Made by a program: the position numbers and the translations under genes. The notes under the pieces were generated by a model, which saw only the letters and a program-made list of their open reading frames with translations, was not told the origin of the DNA and ran no database searches. A stretch of 64,000 nucleotides of DNA from positions 1 through 64,000 of IMG/VR virus record IMGVR_UViG_3300025864_000001; one strand, written 5' to 3'. This DNA is from a virus. Below are positions 57,426 through 64,000 of the stretch, in pieces. Positions within the stretch are counted from its first letter, which is position 1; each line of letters begins with the position of its first letter.

Positions 57426-58757
57426 TTATTCAAATTTACCTGTTTTGGGATTATATGCCTTTTTCTTTGCGGTGGCTGCCTCTGCCGGAAGAATATCCTT
57501 TAATGTCTTTTTCTTTCCGTCAACCATTACCGGAAGGTCGTCTGCCTTGGCAAGGTTTTTACGAGGTATTGAAATGGTGGTGTTGTTTTTTATCCACGGA
57601 TAACGTGCGTCCTGAGACACCTTAAACACAACTGAATCAGTATTCGGATCGTAGAAAAGCACATTACCCTCTACTGGACCTCCTGCCTCTGGAATAGGTT
57701 TCCACTCTGTTTCCGTTGAATATTTTCCTCCTGCAGGCGGTATGAAAAATGGCTTATTGGAAGAAATATCATATCTGTCATTAAAGTTTATGCCTCCATA
57801 CACAAGATCATTTGTCTGGTGTTCTCCCGGAGTTATTTTTGCTTGCGCACCAAGGAAAGTAAAAGGAACTCCTCCACTACCACTGGACGTTGCTGCCTTC
57901 TGACTGAATTTCTCTTTATATGCGGGTCTGGCTATTGCGAGAAAACGATCTTCATCAGTAAACCCTACTGGCTCATTGCCCTTGTTTAACTCGCCTTGCT
58001 GTTTGATATAGTTCTTAACCTCGGTAGGTGCGTACTTATATTGAGCACGTAAATCTTTGTATATTTGCTCTTCTGTTTTAGAATCGGACACCTCAGATGT
58101 ATATGTCTGAAGTACCCCATCAGCATCAGGACTTTGCCATGTCTTAACCGGAAGTTTTGTGATACGGTCTTTAATGGAACTGATGAATTTCTGCACGTCC
58201 CCAATCTGTGGATTCAACACCAATGCGTTATTCAGGATCTCATCCCTCTCCTCAATAGTCTTACCCTTCAGTGCCAATGATAAGTTCGCTTGGGTCTTTT
58301 CCCTGTTTACCGTCTGATCTTCTGGATTCTTTACTTCATCCGCTTTTAATAAGGCATAGATGGCATCTGTTTTGACTTTCTGATTATTACGGATATCGGC
58401 CAACTCTTTGGTCTTTGCAATATAGTCCGATGCTGCCTTATAAGCGGTGACATCTTCTTTTGTTGTAGGGCTGAATATATTTACCCCCTTACCTGAGAGT
58501 TCTGTGACAAAATTCTTAGACTGCTGCAGACGTTCATTGATCTGGTCAAATCCTCCTTTGTCATTCCATCCATCCAACTTAACTTTTAACTGATCCAATC
58601 CAATAGCAACATTTCTTTTGATTTCTTCCTGACGCTGCATTCCCCTCTGATATTTAATCATGGTCTGACGTCTCGTAAACTCAATAGGATCATGGGATGA
58701 ATCGCCAAGATAAGGTGCTGCTTGCATTGCGGGGTCTATATTGCCTTTATTTGCCAT
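57426..58757 (-). CDS. Internal virion/ejection protein
   Basis: Position between the Gly/Ala-rich protein and the giant protein. Confidence 0.55.
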   Translation of the reverse strand: MANKGNIDPAMQAAPYLGDSSHDPIEFTRRQTMIKYQRGMQRQEEIKRNVAIGLDQLKVKLDGWNDKGGFDQINERLQQSKNFVTELSGKGVNIFSPTTKEDVTAYKAASDYIAKTKELADIRNNQKVKTDAIYALLKADEVKNPEDQTVNREKTQANLSLALKGKTIEERDEILNNALVLNPQIGDVQKFISSIKDRITKLPVKTWQSPDADGVLQTYTSEVSDSKTEEQIYKDLRAQYKYAPTEVKNYIKQQGELNKGNEPVGFTDEDRFLAIARPAYKEKFSQKAATSSGSGGVPFTFLGAQAKITPGEHQTNDLVYGGINFNDRYDISSNKPFFIPPAGGKYSTETEWKPIPEAGGPVEGNVLFYDPNTDSVVFKVSQDARYPWIKNNTTISIPRKNLAKADDLPVMVDGKKKTLKDILPAEAATAKKKAYNPKTGKFE

Positions 58758-58762
58758 GGTGT

Positions 58763-59575
58763 TTAATTTTTACTACCACTATTAAGATACTTGCTGACTG
58801 CATTGGTAATATCATCCATACTGACATTTCCCGCAACTCCGCTATTTTTGCCCTTTCCCCATGCGAGTGAAGAATGAAAGTCATTGTTTTGATTCAGGGA
58901 ACTGACATATTCTGCACCCGATCCAAGCACGTTCTTAACCCCTGAGTTAATATTCTTCAGTCCTGAGTCTCTTAACATCGCTGCTATCTGTGCTGCCTGC
59001 ATATATGGTTGTGCTTTATTCCAATCCCATACACGGTTTTCTTCTCCGGCTTTTACTTCCAATGAGCGACCATAGACATCCTTCTTTCCTGCGACATCCT
59101 GTGCTGTCATTTTTGCAAGGTCTCCAAATGAGTTTTGTTCCCTGCCAACCATTTCACCAAGCATACCATAAGCCTCTGAACCACTACCAAGTTCCGATGC
59201 AGTTTTCATGCCTGCTGCGGTTGCTCCTTTTATCTCATTGCGGTACATCTCACCACCGGGGATATCCTGATTAAGAGTCTGTCCATACGAGTAATTGACA
59301 AGTTTTTCAATACTCGGTGCTATCGTTGCCTCCGGACGTGGACTCTGATCTTCAATCTTCTGTGCCTTCTTTAATTGTGAAGCACCTGTGATACCTTGAA
59401 ATATCGAAGGAATAAGATTAAGCACCTGAGCGATGATCTCACTTGTGCCTCCTGATGCTGCACCCATTCCTATACGTGCTGCTGTACCTACTGCTGAAGA
59501 CATGGCATTTCCTCCACCTCCTCCCCATTGAGATACAGGCTTAAATAAATTGGCTTTTGGTAAAGTATAGTCCAT
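58763..59575 (-). CDS. Internal virion/ejection protein (Gly/Ala-rich)
   Basis: Gly/Ala-rich N-terminus and helical Gln/Ala-rich body typical of podophage ejection proteins. Confidence 0.6.
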   Translation of the reverse strand: MDYTLPKANLFKPVSQWGGGGGNAMSSAVGTAARIGMGAASGGTSEIIAQVLNLIPSIFQGITGASQLKKAQKIEDQSPRPEATIAPSIEKLVNYSYGQTLNQDIPGGEMYRNEIKGATAAGMKTASELGSGSEAYGMLGEMVGREQNSFGDLAKMTAQDVAGKKDVYGRSLEVKAGEENRVWDWNKAQPYMQAAQIAAMLRDSGLKNINSGVKNVLGSGAEYVSSLNQNNDFHSSLAWGKGKNSGVAGNVSMDDITNAVSKYLNSGSKN

Positions 59576-59620
59576 GACTTTAAATATTAATCAATTTTGG
59601 GGTAATTAGGTTTTTAGTTT

Positions 59621-59917
59621 TCATACCCATTCTATTTTATTGTTTGTAATATAGTAATGTGCATGATAGGGGTTTTGTCCTTTCCAATTTCCTATTGAGG
59701 GGCGCAATGTAACAGTGCCATTTATGTTTTCAGTTAAATCCCAGCCGTCCTTCCATTCGGGTTTAAGATCACAAACAGTTAATCCTCCGCAGCCACAGGC
59801 ACATAAATGAGTGGCGAAGCCTCTTATTTTTGTAATGTATAACTTACCCTCTTCAAAATCCTTAAAAGCGGGGGTTTGTTCAACAAATACGGGTATTATT
59901 TCAGCTAATTTACTCAT
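59621..59917 (-). CDS. DUF6527-like protein
   Basis: HLCACGCG, W.L......TLRPSI, HY.I....I.W. Confidence 0.7.
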   Translation of the reverse strand: MSKLAEIIPVFVEQTPAFKDFEEGKLYITKIRGFATHLCACGCGGLTVCDLKPEWKDGWDLTENINGTVTLRPSIGNWKGQNPYHAHYYITNNKIEWV

Positions 59918-59920
59918 TTT

Positions 59921-62731
59921 TTAAATATTTCGTTCGCTTGGTGTTGAAAATATTACTATCGAATCAATTCTTACTTTCTCATCGTGTTCCTCGGTGTTCA
60001 ACTTCACAAAACAGTATCTTCCTCTCATTGCCCTTCCATTCATCTTTCTGTCATTAAGACTTATAAAACTACCCTTTGAGTTTTCATCTTTAAGTACCTC
60101 TCCAAAGAACACCCCTTCTCTCCTGTCCCAAATCGGAACATTGCTTTCCATGATGTCATTGCCTCCCGATGCTTCTGTGGGTATGTAAACATATTTGGGT
60201 AATGAGTTCATCTCGTGATCTGCAAACAGCGCAATCGCATTATAAACCTTATTCCTGACAGGTTCTATGTTCGACACAACCTCTATCTCTGCATAAGTAG
60301 GCACTCCGACCCATGAAAGATAATCCTGTCCCTCATCAACATTCATTATCCAAACCCTTTGATGATACAAATGTGCGAAGAAATTTCCTAAGTGGACGTA
60401 TGATTCGGTTATTTGATTGATTCGCGATATGTACCGACCCTGCTTCTCACTGAAAATAACACCCCGTACCTCGTCTCCCATCCTGAACGTCAACCATATC
60501 TCATCATGCTCATTATTAGCACCTGTGCGTGTCTCTAAGGTCTTACCGCCACCGTTTGCCTGTATCCACTTAATAAGGTCTTTGAACCACCGCTTCATCT
60601 TAATATCCAAGACTATCTGACCATTGGGTGCTGACCGAATAAATTTACCCTGTGAGTGATCCCAATAATAAAGATTCCTGCCATTGACCATGATACTATC
60701 GGGGTGCTGACATCCATAATCCGATTCCATAGGTCGTTGTTCTGCAAGGAACTTATCTGTAAGGGTGAACTGCTCCGTGCCATCAGGATTAAAAGTCTGT
60801 ATGCGGTTGATGTAGATGCTCGTCTCTTTATACATCTGAATGACTTTCAGCGTGTATCCTACCTCCCTGAGTCCTGTAATATCACCGTTCCTCTTTGGTA
60901 AGTCCATAAAGTCATCAAAAGTAAAATGAGCGATGTTGTTTGTCCGCGTGCCGGTTATCAGGAATCCACCGTGGCGTATTCTCTCATCCAACACCCTCTG
61001 TCTCTGACTGAGATCGTCAAGGAACGGAAATCCTATGGATGTTAGTCTATTTGTAACAATCTGGTCTCTCCACCAATCGCTCGGGAACATGCTCTCGGCC
61101 CAGAATGGTTGTATCTCGGTTGACTCAAACTTATAGTTTAGTCTATAATATTTCCAACTATCATTTGCAGTATTATTAACCTCGGCAGCAACAATACATA
61201 CTCCATTTGCATCGAAGGACTGATCAACGTCTCCTTTATGATACCTATTGCCAAATACATCAGTTGCAATATCAAATACCATCCCCGTGCCATAAGCAAC
61301 CGTCTGAGACAGTCCTTTACGTGGTCGATAAACCTCTACAAGAATATTAGTTTCGTTGACAAATAGATTAGGGCGGTGTGTAGCTTGAAAAATCAACCAA
61401 TCACCACCAATAGGTTCTTCATCGTACTGAGTTCCTGTTGCTTCAATCTCATAATCATAAACGAACCCGCCACCAATGGCCTCTCCATAATATGTTGTCT
61501 GATTAATAATTCCCATAAGCCTTAACCGATCTCCTGCGAGCCAATCATAAGGGGGCACTCTCCACCTATTATTTTGAGTCTGCGTCCATACAATAGTATC
61601 TGCAATATTTAATGAGAATCGGTTCACTGCGCCTGCAAGTGCGGTAATATTATTTGCCCTCATCTGCAAAAAATAATCCATAGAGACGTTACCAAAATAA
61701 ACTATCTCATAAGACTCTGCCCATGAAGGAGGTTTATGATTAATCTTAAAGACCAGTTTTGCTATTGTCTCAAAAAGATTATTAGAATCTTCCGAATAGA
61801 AAGGTATATAAACTGTAAATATTGGTGTTTTAATTACGGAACAACACCTCCCTGCCCGATCTTTATATACTATTCCAAAAGCATGAGTAGCACCACATTT
61901 AAGAATCGGAAAAGTTACTGTATTGCCATAAGAGAGAATGTATGCGGCAAAATAAAAATCTTTAAATACTGTGGTTACGTCTCCCGCTTCAAGTGTCGGT
62001 GTTTGCTTAAATAGTCTGTATCTTGTGTATATCCATATAGAATGCCCATCTGCGGAAACACCTACATATTCAAATCCTCTTGCATTAAGATCGACAATAA
62101 GTCCTCCTACAACTGTTGTATAAATATCTCCGGGTGCTGCTGTATATGATGCGGTCATATTGGCAATACCCTCCGAGTCATTCTCTACAGTGATATTATA
62201 AGATGATCCTTCTACAATTATATCAGGAATTGTCACTACGGCAACACCTACTATCTTACGAAAGGTCATCTCCCCTACCCTACCTAACTGATACCAATAA
62301 AGATTAGCAGGGTCACCAACACCACTTGATTCAGGTATCTGCCCTATTGGAGAAGTTGCTATACAGGCATAGTAATACGCATTATAAGTAACTACATCGC
62401 CTTTATAATACTGAGTAAAATCATTCCATACGGGTGCTACTGAATTTGCTATTGTTGTGCCAATTTGATGAAACGTCAATGCAAGATCAGTTCTCGGAGA
62501 CCGTAACGACACATTCTCATAAGAGAGTTCAACCTCTATATTCGCCTCAACAACATCATAACCCTCGGTGATCTTACCAAACACCACGGCATTGCCTCCT
62601 ACAAGTTCCATGTGACCTGCTACAATAGGCACATAGGTAAATGGCTCTGCGATACTGCTTGCAGGAATGATCTCCTTTACCCTGTCATTGTAAAAGGCTA
62701 CGTCAATATCCGTGTTGTGAGAACCAATCAT
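59921..62731 (-). CDS. Tail stabilization (nozzle) protein, C-terminal part
   Basis: FYND..VP..A....GN..VFG...EGYD, FGIVYKD..GR, YGCQHP.S, REG.F, NG..MRG. Confidence 0.75.
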   Translation of the reverse strand: MIGSHNTDIDVAFYNDRVKEIIPASSIAEPFTYVPIVAGHMELVGGNAVVFGKITEGYDVVEANIEVELSYENVSLRSPRTDLALTFHQIGTTIANSVAPVWNDFTQYYKGDVVTYNAYYYACIATSPIGQIPESSGVGDPANLYWYQLGRVGEMTFRKIVGVAVVTIPDIIVEGSSYNITVENDSEGIANMTASYTAAPGDIYTTVVGGLIVDLNARGFEYVGVSADGHSIWIYTRYRLFKQTPTLEAGDVTTVFKDFYFAAYILSYGNTVTFPILKCGATHAFGIVYKDRAGRCCSVIKTPIFTVYIPFYSEDSNNLFETIAKLVFKINHKPPSWAESYEIVYFGNVSMDYFLQMRANNITALAGAVNRFSLNIADTIVWTQTQNNRWRVPPYDWLAGDRLRLMGIINQTTYYGEAIGGGFVYDYEIEATGTQYDEEPIGGDWLIFQATHRPNLFVNETNILVEVYRPRKGLSQTVAYGTGMVFDIATDVFGNRYHKGDVDQSFDANGVCIVAAEVNNTANDSWKYYRLNYKFESTEIQPFWAESMFPSDWWRDQIVTNRLTSIGFPFLDDLSQRQRVLDERIRHGGFLITGTRTNNIAHFTFDDFMDLPKRNGDITGLREVGYTLKVIQMYKETSIYINRIQTFNPDGTEQFTLTDKFLAEQRPMESDYGCQHPDSIMVNGRNLYYWDHSQGKFIRSAPNGQIVLDIKMKRWFKDLIKWIQANGGGKTLETRTGANNEHDEIWLTFRMGDEVRGVIFSEKQGRYISRINQITESYVHLGNFFAHLYHQRVWIMNVDEGQDYLSWVGVPTYAEIEVVSNIEPVRNKVYNAIALFADHEMNSLPKYVYIPTEASGGNDIMESNVPIWDRREGVFFGEVLKDENSKGSFISLNDRKMNGRAMRGRYCFVKLNTEEHDEKVRIDSIVIFSTPSERNI

Positions 62732-62732
62732 T

Positions 62733-63185
62733 TTAACTTATATAAATTAGGCCAAGGGTGTTCCACTTTATTGTGCTTGTGCCATTATTGACTACTTCGT
62801 TACCGGTTATGTCTCCCGTGAACTCTATCTGGGCCCTTATTTTTGATGTTGCCTGAACACCTGTGTTCTCAAACAAAATACCAAATTTATAATTCAGCGT
62901 GGCTCCGGGACCAATAACCTTATCATCTAAGTCGAGATAATAGTTATACACTCCTGCACTCGGACTATGCTCTACCGATATCTTGCCTGAGACAGCCACT
63001 CCACCTGTGGTGTATTTACCACCGACATCAGTAATCTCTTTTGCCACAACATCAGATACAAATTGCTGTGTGCTGGCATTGGGAACATGTGTGCTATTGA
63101 GAAGCATGAGATACAATGTCTCCGCGACAAACTTATCAGCGACTTCTTTTTTTACAAACTTTGGAATACAACTTAAATTTGCCAT
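62733..63185 (-). CDS. Conserved tail-associated hypothetical protein
   Basis: L.LML.......EI....YTTGG...D......T....IEF......G...I.W...G pattern. Confidence 0.55.
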   Translation of the reverse strand: MANLSCIPKFVKKEVADKFVAETLYLMLLNSTHVPNASTQQFVSDVVAKEITDVGGKYTTGGVAVSGKISVEHSPSAGVYNYYLDLDDKVIGPGATLNYKFGILFENTGVQATSKIRAQIEFTGDITGNEVVNNGTSTIKWNTLGLIYIS

Positions 63186-63197
63186 ATCATTATATTT

Positions 63198-64000
63198 TTA
63201 TGTCCATCTACCATAAAAAGTTTCATATACACGACCCTCCCCGACCCTGTCAGCATAGAAGGTAACATAATCTCCACTGGTGTAATCTCCTGTATAATAG
63301 AGTTCAATTTCAGTAGCAGAAAGTATATTATAAACATGTATCCAGTCATTTTCAGATGGCCATAATATACCCCATGAGTCACCAGTTGTGGTTACTGTAA
63401 TTGTTTTTCTATGACCTTCTCCTGCACCTTCGAAGTTCCATGAAGCAGGACTAATTGAAATTGACAAAGCAGTACTATAAGTGGTTGTAAGCGTTGCGGT
63501 AGTGGAATTTGCACCCGTGCCACCGGTACTATAAGCCCTTACACGATAATAGTAGAATGTATGCTCAGTTAATCCAATAACATCAGCATTTAGAACAGTG
63601 CCAAGAATCTTGCTATCATATCCTGCTACAAACGTGGCAAAATTATCAGTAGACACGTCAAGATAATATCCTACTGCCCCTGATACTGCCTGCCATTTAG
63701 CCCTGAAACTTGTTGACAAGACATTATCTGCACCCATATTTATTGGCACACCAAAACTCACGTTCTCCACGGTTGGAATCATCACCGCCATAGTTAAGGT
63801 TATATATCCCGGTTCAGATGTTACTGATACCTCTCCACCACGTTCCTGTTCTTCAAACTTATTGATAGTCTCAATCAGGAACCACTTGGATGGGTCTTGG
63901 CTACTCCTGCCTATGATCTCTATGGCACGTACTTCTTCTCCACCTGAGTTAACCTTTATGTTTAATTGATTATTCAGTGAGATCATCTCATTAGCGAGTC
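63198..64000 (-). CDS. Tail stabilization protein N-terminal part ending in FN3 and Ig-like domains (open at right edge)
   Basis: Frame open to the edge; NN.L.I.VNSG..EV..IEI..R......WFLIETI.K, then FN3 (W.AV.GA.GY.LDVS..GL...T.YYYRVRAY). Confidence 0.65.
   Translation of the reverse strand, partial: LANEMISLNNQLNIKVNSGGEEVRAIEIIGRSSQDPSKWFLIETINKFEEQERGGEVSVTSEPGYITLTMAVMIPTVENVSFGVPINMGADNVLSTSFRAKWQAVSGAVGYYLDVSTDNFATFVAGYDSKILGTVLNADVIGLTEHTFYYYRVRAYSTGGTGANSTTATLTTTYSTALSISISPASWNFEGAGEGHRKTITVTTTGDSWGILWPSENDWIHVYNILSATEIELYYTGDYTSGDYVTFYADRVGEGRVYETFYGRWT

Noticed and set aside
1-64000. Prophage boundary or host DNA
   Set aside because: No integrase, att duplication or housekeeping genes; both edges fall inside virion genes.

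Overview
The whole window is bacteriophage DNA. It looks like a large Bacteroidota-infecting podophage with a crAss-like structural module, read in the standard genetic code. Host inference rests on repeated TAnnTTTG (-7) promoter boxes, A-rich SD-less leaders and Bacteroidota-typical families (DUF3127, DUF4373, DUF6734). Layout: (i) 1-21.8 kb, minus strand: major capsid N-terminus (missed by the ORF track), scaffold-like protein, portal, large terminase, an uninterrupted 7-gene glycan-building/decorating cluster (GT25, GT2, B12 radical SAM, GT25, two methyltransferases, GT11), DNA methylases, a tandem GroES, a DUF4373 initiator with iterons and a structured antisense-type leader, and an FN3/DUF6734 cassette; (ii) 21.8-31.7 kb: a non-coding stretch with a dif-like site, then a divergently transcribed block of small early-type genes; (iii) 31.7-49.4 kb, minus strand: recombination/replication genes (RecT-like, PolX, SSB, TOPRIM, RusA, YqaJ, GroES, primase-helicase); (iv) 49.5-64 kb, minus strand: a 2619-aa ejection protein, two more internal virion proteins and a tail stabilization protein that appears split in two. 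The best novelty candidates are the packaging-linked glycosylation system, several small structured/antisense RNA elements aimed at translation starts, the dif site, and the split tail protein. All family calls come from motif recognition by eye; no database searches were run.
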